64,000 bases of DNA from the NCBI GenBank assembly GCA_964016885.1, contig OZ024741.1:38998001-39062000 (forward strand), written 5' to 3'. The first letter of the stretch is position 1, and the number at the start of each line of letters is the position of its first letter. A model generated the notes under the pieces. That model was not told the origin of the DNA. It did no database searches and saw only the letters and a list, made by a program, of their open reading frames with translations. This DNA is from Eledone cirrhosa. Taxonomy: Eukaryota. Shown in pieces: positions 19,203 to 36,057 of this stretch. The translations under genes and the position numbers were made by a program.

Positions 19203-19336
19203 GTATGTATGTGTATATATATATATATATTTGTGTGTGTGTATGTGTGTATATATGTGTGTATATATATATGTGTATATGTATGTGTCTGTGTATGTGT
19301 ATGTGTGTATGTATGTATATATGTGTGTATGTGTGT

Positions 19337-19370
<34 letters not shown>

Positions 19371-19377
19371 GTGTATA

Positions 19378-19418
<41 letters not shown>

Positions 19419-19574
19419 GTATATATATATATGTATGTGTATATATATATATATATGTGTATATATATATATATATGTGCGTGAGAGAGAGAGTGTGTAT
19501 ATATATTTTGTGTGTGGGGTGTGTGTATGTGTGTATGCGCGTGTGTGTGTATATATATGTATATGTATATGTAT

Positions 19575-19654
<80 letters not shown>

Positions 19655-19751
19655 GTATATGTGTGTGTATATATGCGTTATATGTCTGTATATATATGTG
19701 TATATTTATGTATAGGTCTGTGTATGTATGTGTATGTTTGTATATGTATGG

Positions 19752-19817
<66 letters not shown>

Positions 19818-19968
19818 GTATATGTATATATATATGTGTGTATATGTGTGTGTGTATAGATATTTATACATATGTATACTCGTGTTTGTATGTATGCGTG
19901 TGAGTGTATTGATTTGTGTATATATGTGTGTGTGTGTATGTATGTGTATGTGTGTGTGTATCTGTGTG

Positions 19969-20088
<120 letters not shown>

Positions 20089-20765
20089 TGTATGTATATG
20101 TATTGTATATGTATGTATGTATGTATGTGTGTATGTATGTGTGTGTACATGAATATATATTTATATATATTTATATATTTTTATATATGTGTGTGTGTTT
20201 TTATGTGTGTATATGTGTTTGTGTGTGTGTTTATGGTTGCGCGTAAGTGTGTGAGTGAGTATGTGTGTTTTTTTGTTTTTTTGTTTTTTTGTTTTTTTGT
20301 GAATGTGTCTGTTGATTTTTGGCATATAGTTGATTAGTTTAAGAGAAGTTCGAAGATAATAGTAAGATATGCACTCAGTATTTTGAATCTGTCTGCAGAA
20401 TTCTCTAGACCTTTGTCACTTAGTAGAACCTTAATGACTTTAGCTTTTAAAGAATCTCCCTTTTCTTTAATTCTATCGACCATGACTGACCCCCCACTGA
20501 TTTTATAGACATCTGTTAGCTTAAGAGAAACTTATTGACAAGGAATGGTATGCCATCCGGAACCTGTTTATAGAATTCTGTCTGCCTTTGTTACTCTAAA
20601 AACATAAATAAATATAAATAAAAATAAAAATAAACTATAGCTTTGTAGAATTAGCTTTTAATGAATCCCCTTTTCTATCAACCAATGACCTGCACCCATC
20701 CCACTCCCCACCCTCTCCTACCACTTGTAGAGACCTATAAATACCATATTTATTTTTTGATACCC

Positions 20766-20816
20766 AGATTCCTGATGATTTCTAATGAATGAAACAGTTC
20801 TAGTCCTGTAGAATCT
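20766..20816 (+). ncRNA. Type I hammerhead ribozyme (family C)
   Basis: AGATTC-CTGATGA-TTTCTAATGAAT-GAAA-CAG TTCTAGTC CTG-TA-GAATCT. Perfect 6-bp stem I and a GUA cleavage triplet. Confidence 0.88.
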
Positions 20817-21117
20817 CATCTATATTAAAACTGTTATACTCTGCTATGTATTAAGTACCTTACTTACTGTGGTTACCTCCGATTCAACCCGGAATAACGT
20901 ATATATATATATATATTAATTTAAAATATAAAAAATAGACATTCGTGTGATCAAGTATATTTTATTATACATATTTTCAGATCACATGAACGTCTATTTT
21001 TGTTAATATTTTGAAATAATATTAATAACTCCGGAAAACCAACGCTGTGGAGTGCTTCTAATCTATTGTAAAACTTTATTCTTTGATTTATTCATTGAAC
21101 CTTGTTTAACCTTTAAA

Positions 21118-23194
<2,077 letters not shown>

Positions 23195-23198
<4 letters not shown>

Positions 23199-23737
23199 TT
23201 ATTAAAATAACTGATTAAAGTTTAAGCAAAGAATCGCTGCTTTCATCCTTAACGGGATCTTCTGAAACTAACTAGGGTTAGTTTCAGAAGATTCTTTGCT
23301 TAAACTTTAATGTTATTTTAATAAATATTTGCTCTACGGTTCTTATATATTTGATATCTATTTATCCTTATCGAGCCCTCTTTGGATTTTAGTCTTCAAA
23401 TTTATTATTATTACTATATATATATATGGTTTGTTTACTCCGGAGTAATGTAAAATAATTAAGTCAAATAGGTAAAATTTGGCTTCGTTTATTAATGAAG
23501 CCAAATTTGACCTTAATTATTTTACATTACTCCGGAGTAAACAAACCAACCTGCGTACAGTATATTTAATATAGAAATGTTTCATTTGGAAGAAATCATC
23601 AGGAAAGCCCTGATGATTTCTCGCGAATGAAACAGTTTTAGTCCTGTAGAAGCCATTTCTATATTAAATATTTATACTCTGCTATGTTATGAGTACCTTA
23701 TTTACTGTGGTTACCCCCGATCGAACCTGGGATAAAC

Positions 23738-23738
<1 letters not shown>
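23195..23738 (+). mobile_element. Cluster of three fold-back remnants (family B, unassigned palindrome 23428-23548, family C)
   Basis: Homologous to 5377-5600 and 20766-20899. A family C HHR core CTGATGA...GAAACAG...CTGTA lies at 23610-23648. Confidence 0.7.
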
Positions 23739-23782
<44 letters not shown>

Positions 23783-23799
23783 TATACACACTTTCTGTA

Positions 23800-24440
23800 T
23801 ACAAGGTGCATACAGAAAGTTTTTAGACTTCTTCAAGAGAGGCATTTTTTTTATTTCAAAGAAGTACAAACCTCTAATCTCTTTCAAAGTATAATCCTCT
23901 GACTTCAATTCACTTTTTGTGCTCCAACCATTTCGTGAAGTCCTCATGGAAGCCCTTCAAAGCGAAGGTATCCAGGATCCTTCTCACAGCCTCCTTCACG
24001 TTCTTAATGTTTTCAAAACAACTACCCCTGAGGTTATCCTTCAGCTTGAGGAACAACCAAATGTCACAAGGAGCAAGGTCTAGACCAGCCATAGGCAACC
24101 TGCGACCCGCGGGCCGCATTCGTCCCGCGAAGCTTTCTGTATGGCTCACCTAAGTCACCTAAGTGAAATCTTTCTGATATTTTTACCCCAACTTTTCAGT
24201 TGTAATTTATCTTTCTATCATTTTTGCAATCGAGGATAACAACGTGTACGAATTCTGAAGAAACAAATCAAAGCAACGTGAGTTACCGCCCTTTCTTTTA
24301 ATGTGGGCATGAATATAAATTAGCGCTTGCAACCCGCCTGATGATGAACCATATCTCATGTGGCTCGCTTATCGAAAAGGGTTGGCTATGCGTGGTCTAG
24401 ATTGTAGTGAGGGTGAAGGGACAGTTTTGATGCCCCTATC
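23800..24440 (-). mobile_element. mariner transposase 3' remnant, interrupted by a hAT MITE
   Basis: Rejoined frame reads HPHYNLDLAPCDIWLFLKLKDNLRGSCFENI, matching the mariner HPPYSPDLAPCDF.LF motif. Confidence 0.8.
24086..24394. mobile_element. hAT (Charlie/Buster-like) non-autonomous element
   Basis: Imperfect TIRs CAGCCATAGGCAACC / GGTTGGCTATGCGTG and an 8-bp TSD GTCTAGAC/GTCTAGAT. Confidence 0.8.
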
Positions 24441-25636
24441 TGTCCTTCCTACTGTTGTCATTGAGAACACTGGGAACAAACTTTAAATACATTAATACAA
24501 CCAAACACACTTTGACACCATCACAAACAATGTATGCCTCTACATCTACCAATAATGGTAGGCATGATATCAGATGGATTTGTCGTAATATTATTAAGAA
24601 GAATGGTAAATGTTCTCAAATATTCTTTCAAAGAAAAGAAGATCATTTTACATTTTAACTCGGCATTATGATATTTGTTAAAGACCAATTAATCGAAACA
24701 ACCTACTTCCAGTTAGATAGAAACTTTGTATTGTTGAAGTTCTGAAGTTATTATCTTTTCAACATCTTTTGCCATATCATAAACTCATCAATGCATCATT
24801 ATACGATATTGTTACTCAGAGGAATCATCTTTCTAAACAGTTTTTGTGACGGACGTTATAACTGAACTAATATTATCTTCTTCAATCGGATGTGGCATTA
24901 CATTATTTTTCTATATTGTAAGAGACCTTCATTATCCATTCGGTATCAGCATGAGATGGTGACTTCCAAATTCCTCTTTCTGTGTCTTAAACAATTCATG
25001 ATTTTTTGTATTTTATTCCTAAAAGTTTTCTTATATAACAAATACATAGATATTCTCTCATTACTGATCGATGGAAGAAAAACAAAATATAAAGATTCCT
25101 GTCAAAATTTCTGACATATATTTTTTTAGCACCAAGGGCTGACATTGGATCGAATTAACATTCTATCATATATATATCCAAAATCCCTACAGTATGGATA
25201 CAATAACACATAAACTAGACTACTCAAAGATATTAAAATAAGCGTGTATTAGAAAAGCCATAATTATATTACATATTACATGTTTAAAAATTTACAATAT
25301 TTTTTAGTTATTCATTTGAGAATAAATATAATATAACAAAAACAAACATGACCAAAAGTAAAATGCATATATTTCATAGGTGTCCTTTTAGAGAAATAGA
25401 CATAGATATGGTTGCCTCTTTCTTAATTTCTCTCACTTCCACAGAATCAGCTATGAGGCGGTCAAATCACACCATCGTTTTTATTGTCTCCAAAATTATT
25501 CACGAGAAAGTGAGAAGAATTGAAATACATGCGATCAGGCCTTTTTCTTCTACCGTGCTATAAATACCACATATAACGACTGTGGATATCATGGTCGTAA
25601 ATGAGTCAATGTGCACAAACCGGCAGTATCTATCTA

Positions 25637-25940
25637 TCAATCTATGGCGTGAGTGAATGGGCCTTCTCTCTATATAAACCTGTAGGTTGAGGAAGATAAA
25701 CAGAGGGAAGACGGAAACACCTACAAAACGTGTTCCTGGTGTTAAAGGTTATTCTATCCACGAGGTGTAAAATAACACTGTAGTAACGTTCCCTCTTATT
25801 GGGGATTTCAATTGTTATTTTATTATATTGTTATTTATTAATGTTAAAGTTATATGATTTTTTATGTAAAACCCCCCGCCGCCACGTCTTGTGATGTCCC
25901 ATTTTTGTACGCCCCTGTGGCAAATAAAGAAAGATATCTA
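25637..25940 (+). mobile_element. Tx1-like LINE 3' end
   Basis: Homologous to 51475-51765 (GGGCCTTCTCTCTAT..., CCCCTGTGGCAAATAAA) and preceded by (TATC)n. Confidence 0.75.
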
Positions 25941-25962
25941 TATATGCATACACACACACAGA

Positions 25963-26068
<106 letters not shown>

Positions 26069-26084
26069 ACATTAAATTAAAATC

Positions 26085-26585
26085 AATTGACATATATATA
26101 TAAAATAAACACATCAAACAATTACAGGGGATAATTTGTAAAGAGTGTAAACACACATAGTTATGGAGGTAACATATTAAAAATTAACGAGAAACTTGAA
26201 TATAAATACCTTGCAATAATGATTAATCTCCTTTGTATATATTCCATTAAAGAAATATATTTCACCATTAATCGGTGAATCACAGATGTTAAATCTTGGA
26301 TCATCGACAAAGTAGAAAATTTAACTCTCTATGATTACACACTAAAAGCAAATCAGGAAATAACGACGAAAAGCACATGTGGTTTTAAAAAATACACATC
26401 GCCCCACCGTTAAGCCTTGTAACTGTTTGATGTGTTTATTTTATATATATATATGTCAATCGATTTTAATTTAATGTTAATAAATGCTCGGATTTATTCC
26501 TTAGAATCTTTGAGCCTATTCTACAGGTCGTATGGCGCATGTTTCTGATATTCTCAGACATGACATCTTTAATTTAATTTTGGTA

Positions 26586-26588
<3 letters not shown>
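26085..26588 (+). repeat. Short inverted arms plus tail, probable fold-back PLE remnant
   Basis: 26068-26128 is inverted to 26415-26477. The extension runs to (TA)n. Confidence 0.5.
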
Positions 26589-26644
<56 letters not shown>

Positions 26645-26645
<1 letters not shown>

Positions 26646-26855
26646 TAGAAAGTGAGTTTTTTACAAAATGAAAAATAACCGAGGTGTCCTACACGAGTGA
26701 AAGTATAAAGAAAAAAAGATGAAATCGAAAATGCAACTGGAGTCTTATTTTAAAAAAAATATATATATTTATTTGGTTCCTTTACCGGTTTCGCAGTTCT
26801 TCTGCTTTTCAAAAGTAGAGTTGAGATGGACGGTCTGTGGTTTTTCTCACATATT

Positions 26856-26899
<44 letters not shown>

Positions 26900-29800
26900 C
26901 TTTATAAATAACAATCAAAGAGTGTTTAACAACATTTAATTACTAACGATCGTTTCATCTAAGCATAAGACCGATTTCATCGGAGTATAAATCAAAAGTT
27001 AGAACATAGATAACTTTGTTAAAGAACAGTCTGAGGATACCACATATGGGAAAAAGCGAAAATAATATATATTAACTTAGATTTAAGAGAGGAAAGCAAG
27101 AAGCACATGAAAAACATGATCATATATATATAATTAAGAATCAGCAGCTAGAGGCATTAAAAACAGGCTTATATAAAGCAAAGAAAAAGAAAAAAATCTG
27201 CTATAAGGAATTTAAGCATAAAGGAGGCATATCATGCATTGACAAATTTACGCACAATATAAGCATTACAACAATCTATAAAAGCTAGTGCATGGATCAA
27301 ATATAATCTTCAAGGTACATTTTTACTATATTTTTATAATAAAAAATTTAGCTCCATTTTTCAGTTCTAAGTATCTAGATGAACTATTATACTTCAAATG
27401 TAGTAATATCCACTGGGTGTAGTCAGCAAAATAGACATTAAATAGCTAAAATGTCGTTATTATCAAAGATGATCAAACCACTGGAGCTGATTAATATAGA
27501 GAGAATGATTAGCAAAGTAAGGTCCAATATATAATAGTTGCTATCATCTGCAAAAAGGTGCCACATATAAGAATAGGATGGAGAAAGTCATATATTAATT
27601 ATAGATGACACCATCTTAACATAAGATTTTTTAAATCTTTCAAATAACAGTTGATGGAGGAAGGGAATGAAAGGAAGATAATTCCTAAATATTTTTTAAA
27701 AGAGAGTTACATATTATTAAATGTTTATTTAGTAAGTCAACTATAACAATAACAGTAGTAAATATTAGGGCTAATGAATTATAGAACTAAGGAAATTATT
27801 TAAAAATTATTAATCTTAATTTTAGAATAATAGAATATTAAAACTAATCGAAATAACAATAAATTCGCTATGTATATTAAAATGCTGTATATTATTAACA
27901 TTATTAAAATATATCAAAGATTTAATCAAGAAAATAATTTAATTAAAAAGTTTCTATCAATAACTTTATATCAAAAGGACTTATAAAAAAATTAAAAAAC
28001 TTTCTAAAGAAACTTATTTAAAATATGAGTGGTTAAATGGAATAATAAATCACCTAAACGTTAACAGGAAAAAATGTTAATTAATAATTTAATAAATTAT
28101 GTAAAACTTAAAGGTATACTATTGGAGAGAGGCAATGACTAATGTCATGGTAAATACTAATAAAATAAAATAAGGATAAAAAATAAAAATATAAAGATAA
28201 TAATTTAAATATAATAAAATAAAATAAAATAAAATAAAATAAAATAAAGATTGCTAAATGTGATGGGGTGGTTATAATAGATTGTAATCAAAGTGGAAGT
28301 GAATAGGGATGATATAAGCATATAATGATATTAATATTACTAAAGAAATACATATACATATAAGTCTACATTGGTATAGATTGGTTACTAGGTTTAAAAT
28401 AGTTAAAAGAAAATGTTTACAAGTGGAAAAAATCTCACATTTCCTATTTAATAAATCTAATTTACAGAAGATAATAGTATGGGAGTCAAGAAGGCAAAGA
28501 TTGCAGAATTTATTGGGGGGGGGGGTCTATACGAAGCAGCTTTTGCGATCACCTTCCAGGTTAGGGTATAAAGTGTATTACTAGACTTCAGAAAAGATAC
28601 GAAATTTGATAACGAGGTTGCGTGTTTAATTAAGCCTAGAATTCTTAAAAGTATGAAGATGGGAATTATACCTCATCTTGAAACTAGTCGATGTAGAACC
28701 GATATATATTTTGAAGTTGGTAGAAGTTAGTGCAGGAATAAATAATATTTTTAACAAGGCAGTTTCCAGTAAGCGGACACACATTATTAAGCCTACAATT
28801 ACAATTATATCTATTGATTGGGCGGTTTTGAGAGTACAGGTTACAGGGTCATTGGTAATACGAGTGCTATAATTACTTTTATTATTCCTATAAGTCCTAG
28901 AAGCTACTGTATTATGAGGTTGTTTGTACAATTACTAGGCATAGCATTGCCAATCATTTCATCAGGTTGTGAATTACTATCTGAAGAGAAATATTTACTA
29001 ATTTTCTTTATTATTACTACTCGCTATATGATTAGCAATGTTAGGTGTGGTAGAATAAGAGATTTTAATGGTATTCTTATTAATGAAACTATGATACTTA
29101 TGCTCTATTGGGAACATTTTTTCCAAAATAGAGAAGAATACTCTAGGTATATTAGTAGAAACAGTTAGATTGAATGGTGGATTAAAATATGAATTAAGCC
29201 TTCTATTCTTTTTAATTTTGTTACTGATGAGTGGGTTCGTATGATTATAACAATCTCTTTTATATCTAGTATTACAGATTTTCGGTTTAGTTAATACACT
29301 ATTCGTTTTATTCATAATATTTCTCTTATTTTAAAGTTTATTTTATTACTTTTGGGAGGACCTGTAAATGGGTATATATCATCATTTAACCCACTGTTAC
29401 ACGCAATAACACTAGCATCATTATTCTGGATATTTTAATGCTTTTTATAGCAATATTATGAGAAATAATATTAGGTTATTTTTACAGTTGGTAAAGGAGT
29501 TTTTAGGCATAAACTTACTTTTATCTTTATAGTCAGAACGTGATAAAGCTTCATTATAATAATGCGCATTATGGTTAAATGCGTCTTCATTATAGGATAA
29601 ATTACTAATTCTATTTTATACACCTTTGATAATTGAGTTTAAGACAGATCTAGGGTGGTTAGAGTTGGTATCAACATAAAAAAGATTTTCATTATGTTTA
29701 TGGTAAGGTGTAAAGGTTTTAGAATTCAAGCAAAGGGTAACATCAAGGAAATTAACAGTTTGGTGTTCTAATCTAAAGTAATACTTAGGTTAACATTTTT

Positions 29801-30615
29801 GAGGAGTTTAAATAGATCCTTCATAGTTCTTTCAATTTTATATTTTTATAATCTAAAGTAAATAATGCATCGTCGCGATATAATCCACCCTTCAGGTAAG
29901 GTAAAGCCTTATACATTTCATTCGAGAGGTACAAACTGACTAAATCTGTGACCGGCACCGAATACCTAGATCCCATAGTGATATCAAAATTATCCGGTGT
30001 ATTCTTACAGGTCCATAATTGATCTTCAAATTTGATGATCGTCTTACGGGCCGCAAGAATCACATCTACCTGGGATCTAGTTAATTCGCTGTTATCCATG
30101 GCCATAATAAGAGCCTTATACAATAAGATAGGAGAGATAGATGTATAATACGAGTTAACAACATATTGAATAAACTTCTTATATATACTATATTAGAGAA
30201 CCACCCAATCAGTTCCCTAGTATTACCCAAGAGGTTGAAATGTTTTTTTACGTTTGATTTGGGGGATAATTTTGTTTAGAATCCTTTTGCTTATAAAACT
30301 ATATCAGACTTAGAAGGGCATATTAACCTAACTGTAGGATTAGTATTAAAGTCTTCCTTATGATCTTTTAATGTAAACTTGGGTGGGCTAGGGGTGTAAG
30401 GTTGAGTATACCTTTCAAGTTTTAATTTACTTACAATATTAAAGCCTTCAATATTTATGTCATCTAAATTGTTGTATGTAATTTTCTTGTAATGTTTATA
30501 CAATTCCTTCATATAGGTGTTATAATCTAGGCTATAAATATTTTTAGTTTTATCAGCTAGGACCAAGATGTTCTTATCTTTATCTAATTCACTTAATAAA
30601 TGAATTAACACTATT
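26645..30615 (-). mobile_element. Degraded near-complete PLE (RT + GIY-YIG + long AT-rich 3' region)
   Basis: Collinear peptides LADKT..., TLKDHKEDF..P.VRLICPSKSD, FDITMGS, GGLYRDDAL, YFNPPF...NTIKISYS and IYIGST.TSFK.R...H, with many frameshifts. Confidence 0.88.
26941..26987 (-). ncRNA. Minimal hammerhead candidate (C4 core variant)
   Basis: Minus strand: TACT-CCGATGA-AATC...GAT-GAAA-CGATCG-TT-AGTA, on the sense strand at the 3' end of the degraded PLE. Confidence 0.6.
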
Positions 30616-30625
30616 AATCACCAAT

Positions 30626-30841
<216 letters not shown>

Positions 30842-30889
30842 TAAATATATATATATATATGTATTATTATATATATGTATATATATATG

Positions 30890-30926
<37 letters not shown>

Positions 30927-30995
30927 GTATATATATATATGTATATATATGTATATATATATGTATATATATGTATATATATATGTATATACGTA

Positions 30996-31088
<93 letters not shown>

Positions 31089-31091
31089 GTG

Positions 31092-31122
<31 letters not shown>

Positions 31123-31293
31123 GTATATATAAATATATATATATATATATGGAGGATGTTATAGTTGACCTGAAGCATTGTGTAATGAGGTATAAACGTT
31201 TGTATATGTATAATAAAGCCAAAACAATGCAGGTATGGACATAGAATAAAGAATGCAAATGCAAAAGATATTGTTGACAATTAGTCTTTTACC

Positions 31294-31880
31294 TTAGATA
31301 GGTGAAACTAGGTGTTTCTTAAATGAGGAAGCGTTAGTATTGAGGTGTTCTTTTATTCTTATGCGGAGTGGTCTGGTGGTGCTACCTACGTAGAAGTTGC
31401 TGCATTTGTCGCACTCTAGTCTGTATACGACGTAAGCCTGGTGGCATAGGTCTCTGTCGTTGATGGGGCAGTTGGCTAGCCTGCAGCGGTTGTCATGTCT
31501 GGTGGAGTGTCTTTTGGTTAGCTGTCCGCGTAGAGAAGGACCTGAGTGGGCCAATTGGATATCTAGTCCCTCTCGTCTGATAGCTCTGCGGTTGGCTGTT
31601 GTTGTTTCGTCACTGAAGTGTGGGAGCTTCAGGAAGCAAGTGTTAGTGCCTCGGGTGTGGTGTCCTCTGTTCTTTCTGGCACGGTTTGTGGTGGATGTCG
31701 TGTTTCCGTTCAGTTTGAGTACTTCCAGGAAATGTGTGGTGTGTGTGTCTCGGTCTCAAGCGTCGGTGCATTTGTTCCGGATACGTGCCAATTCGTTCCT
31801 TATGTATCCTAACTTAGCGCTGGCTGGGATGGCCGATCTGAAATGTACGAAGAGGTCCCTGCTAGCGGCTTTTTGATAGA
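31294..31880 (-). pseudogene. PLE fragment: RT thumb + GIY-YIG (different subgroup)
   Basis: HFRSAIPASAKLGYIRNELARIRNKC...VVYRLECDKCSNFYVGSTTRPLRIRIKEH. Confidence 0.8.
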
Positions 31881-32660
31881 AGCATGCGTGGATGTTGACT
31901 TCCTGTTACCCTGAGCTGGAGGTCCAGTAGGGATAGGGATCCGCGGTCATCGGGGTGTTCCATGCTGAACTTTATACTGGCGTCCATGCTGGAGAATGTT
32001 GTGTATATTTTATAATGCATGGAACACCCCGATGACCGCGGATGTATGTATGTATGTATGTATGTATGTATGTATGTATGTATGTATGTATGTATGTATG
32101 TATGTATGTATGTATGTATGTATGTATGTATGTATATATGTATATATGTATATGCATGTATACATGTGTATATATATGCGCGGGGACATAGAAATAATCA
32201 GGCTGGATACCCGATCGCGCGGTTTAATTGAAGGACCCCTAGCCTTTCTCAGGGCATTTTTCTAGGAGAAGGCAACTCAGGAAACTGGGATAACTCCTAT
32301 ATAAAACTTGCCGCTCAGTAGTTACCGATGTTGATCTTTTCTTCTTTTCGGGTTCTAGCTACTGTCGCTCAGAGTGTGGGATTGGCTCAGTGCACAGTCT
32401 TTCCTCACTTTAAAAAATATCTTCCGCCACAGGCATTGCACGATAGCCTTAACTGATAATTATCAATAATGGTAATATCGTGCAATAGCTATACTCGATC
32501 ACGAGGGGGCAGCCATCATCATGTATGTATGTATAGATGCATGTATGTATGTATGTATGTATATATATATATGTATGAAATGCCTGGGACGGTTGGAGGG
32601 TCACTGATGAAGGACTTACCTTTTCATATGCCCCACCATTTGCAACGTGCAGCCATCATT

Positions 32661-32734
<74 letters not shown>

Positions 32735-33003
32735 TGTGTGTGTGTCTGTGTGTATAAATATATATATATATGTGTGTATGTATATAAATATATATATATA
32801 TATATATAGTATACAAAATACATTTAGAATTCATTTAGGGTGTGTGACACACTGCTGCAAATAGCAAATACCAAAAGTGGGAGGAGGCAGATGGTTACAT
32901 CTAGTTGACAATATCAACACCTGTTACAAACGATAAATGGTGGCATTACACACCCACCCACACACACGCACACATAAATGTATGTGTGTGTGTGGGTGGG
33001 TGT

Positions 33004-33265
33004 GTGTGGGTGTAATGTCACCATTTGTCGTTTGTAACAGGTGTTGGTATTGTCAACTGAAGATTTCCTTCGAATGAAACAGTTCTAGTCCTACAGAAGC
33101 CCGGACGCCATGCTTTGGCGCATAGAGTTACGGCCCTTGCCATTCTGAGTTCAAATCCCGCCGAGGTTAACTTTGCCTTTCATCCTTACGGAGTCGATAA
33201 AATAAAGTACCAGTAATGCACTGGGTTTTTGCTGGCCTTGTGCCAAAAAGTAGAAACAATTATTA
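33004..33265 (+). mobile_element. Chimera: unknown arm + decayed family C hammerhead + SINE family 1
   Basis: The same junctions recur at 48510-48796. Segment 32902-32956 is inverted to 33006-33058. Confidence 0.65.
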
Positions 33266-33610
33266 TATCAAATATTCTATATACCCTACAATGTATTCAG
33301 TACCTTACTACTCTAATATATATACACATATATATGTCTACCTACTGTATTATAAATGCACTTGACGACAAAACACCGTGTCAGAATTAAATCTTGCTTT
33401 TAAATGACTTGCTTTCTCTCCATATATATTTGATTAAACCCACTCTGCCTACCTTCTACATTTATCTCTCCTTAAATATTAACTCCACTATGATATTTAA
33501 CATTGCATCTCTAAGCATCAAGCACGCTTTGTTCCGACTATAGGCATCTAATATATTATATCAAAGTTCATTCTCCTCTATTCTTATGATATATGTCTCT
33601 TACTTTAATG

Positions 33611-33705
<95 letters not shown>

Positions 33706-33795
33706 GTTAAAATACTGGAGCGTGTTGGAGTTAAACACCCTCTTCGTATTATAGAAATGACAGTAAAAGGTATAGCTCAATGTAGTTAAATTATG

Positions 33796-34886
33796 TATTA
33801 AAATAACAGATTAAAGTTTAAGTAAAGAATCGCTGCTTTCACCCTTAACGGGATCTTCTGAAACTTACAAAGTCAATCTGTAAACGCAGAACTGGATATT
33901 TCAAAAAACGTTGCAGCCGGAGGAAGACAGGAAGACGATACTTTGGTTCGTGGAAACGTTCGCCGGCAAAGAACGGGAAAAAACGAATAATACGTCATTA
34001 ATAGGAGCGGTGAAAAACAATTACGCGCAAAGACAGAACCACGTTTATGGTATAAAAGAAGTCGTACACTAATATTCTATTAGGTGGTGCATAGAGACGT
34101 TCTCTGGCAATGAACGAAAAAACGAAGATAATAAGTCATATGTGGAGCGTGGAGAACAATAGCACGCAAAGACAAAACCACGTAAATGGTATAGCAGAAG
34201 TTGTAGACTAAAATTCTAACTAGGAGACCAAATGAATCTCCGCTACAGAGTTAAGAACAAAGTAAATAAATACAATACAGAAGTAATAGAAACAAATAAA
34301 TACATACACGCAAACAGATACGTACATACACAAGCATACGCAAAACCTTACCATAGGTATACAAAACCACGCACATATAATATGTGTGTGTGTGTATGAG
34401 ATCCTAGTTGGTTTTGTCTTTGCATGCTATTGTTCTCCACGCTCCACATATGACTTATTATCTTCGTTTTTTCGTTCATTGCCAGAGAACGTCTCTATGC
34501 ACCACCTAAGAGAACATTAGTCTACGACCTCTTTTATACCATAAACGTGGTTCTGTCTTTGCGCGTAATTGTTTTTCACCGCTCCTATTAATGACGTATT
34601 ATTCGTTTTTTCCCGTTCTTTGCCAGCGAACGTTTCCACGAACCAAAGTATCGTCTTCCTGTCTTCCTCCGGTTGCAACGTTTTTTTAAATATCCAGTTC
34701 TGCGTTTACAGATTGACTTTGTTAGTTTCAGAAGATCCCGTTAAGGGTGAAAGCAGCGATTCTTTGCTTAAACTTTAATCTGTTATTTTAATAAATATTT
34801 GCTCTACAGTTCTTATATATTTGATATATATTTTCCTTATCGAGCCCTCTTTGGATTTTAGTCTTCAATTTTATCATTATTACTAT
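33796..34886 (+). mobile_element. Fold-back PLE terminus, family B (~385-bp arms plus tail)
   Basis: 33796-34180 is inverted to 34409-34794, with a tail to 34886. Confidence 0.8.
34708..34783 (+). ncRNA. Type I hammerhead candidate with CAGAAGA (A4) core
   Basis: ACAGATTGA-(CTTTGTT bulge)-AGTTT-CAGAAGA-TCCC GTTAA GGGT-GAAA-GCA...TGC-TT-AAACT-TTAATCTGT. Inverted copy at 33806-33881. Confidence 0.7.
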
Positions 34887-34904
34887 ATTTATATATATAT
34901 ATAT

Positions 34905-35390
34905 ATACAATAAAGTATCCCTATAGAATCATTGTATAAAATATATACATTATTTCCTCTCCCAATCAGCATAATCAATCACACAAAAAACCAATTAAAC
35001 AAGGCTATAAGATTAAAAGGCACCTATGAAGAAATAATAGATAAATAAACGATAGCTATCTATCCGCGATCATCAGATATAGAATATTTACCCAGCATTT
35101 CTAATAGCACGTGGAAATCGATTAGATATATCGTCAACCATACACAATTAGGTACAAAATCAAAGTTATATAAGCATACCAAAATGTATATAAGCATACC
35201 AAAATTATGTTTCTACTCCATGAGGTTTCATTCGCTTTTTGGAAATATCCGATCAAGGATTAATTCACGAGTTTCGAAATCATCAGGAAACAAACTCAAA
35301 TGGACGAAGATTTTTCTTAAATGATCCCCGCCAGAGACGAATTCAAAATGGCTAAGAACTGTGATGTGGCCAGTGGTCAGGTCAGAAACT
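34905..35390 (-). mobile_element. PLE-type terminal fragment, family E, with hammerhead at 35209-35291
   Basis: Homologous to 39952-40400 and 1390-1550. Minus strand GTTTC-CTGATGA-TTTCG...CGAAT-GAAA-CCTCATGGAG-TA-GAAAC. Confidence 0.7.
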
Positions 35391-35413
35391 ATATATATAT
35401 ATATATATGTATA

Positions 35414-35537
35414 GTTTTAATATAGAAGAGCTTCTATAGGGTCCTGTAGAAGCTCTTCTATATTAAAACTTGTATACTCTGCTATTTATTGAGTATCTTA
35501 CTTACTGTGGTTACCTCCGATTCAAGCCGGAATAACT
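35414..35537 (+). mobile_element. Fold-back PLE terminus, family C (short palindrome plus tail)
   Basis: Homologous to 20803-20899. Confidence 0.75.
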
Positions 35538-35538
35538 G

Positions 35539-35620
<82 letters not shown>

Positions 35621-35782
35621 ATATTTGGGGAGGGTCATATTGTTGTAATAATATTGCCACAAATAATAACAGAACACACTCACTGTTTGGTTGGTGTTCG
35701 CTTCTGTATCTTTTATATCTCCACAGTTAATTTATTTGGTCCTCAATCTTTATCATTGACTGACCAACGGTCAAAAATACAA

Positions 35783-35857
<75 letters not shown>

Positions 35858-35862
<5 letters not shown>

Positions 35863-36057
35863 AAAAGAGTCAGAACCCCGACGGCAGAGCTCAAGCCGTT
35901 TCGACAGCAATTTCTGGACTCAGATATAGCTGTCGAAACGGCTTGAGCTCTGCCGTCGGGGTTCTGACTATTTTCCTATTACTCACTCTACTACCCAAAG
36001 TATCGAGTACTCTGGTGCGTTATGGTCCACCTGATTCCTTACCACACTTCGTTCGTT
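35858..36057 (+). mobile_element. Fold-back PLE terminus, family A subfamily
   Basis: Palindrome plus tail. Subfamily substitutions are mirrored in both arms. Confidence 0.8.
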
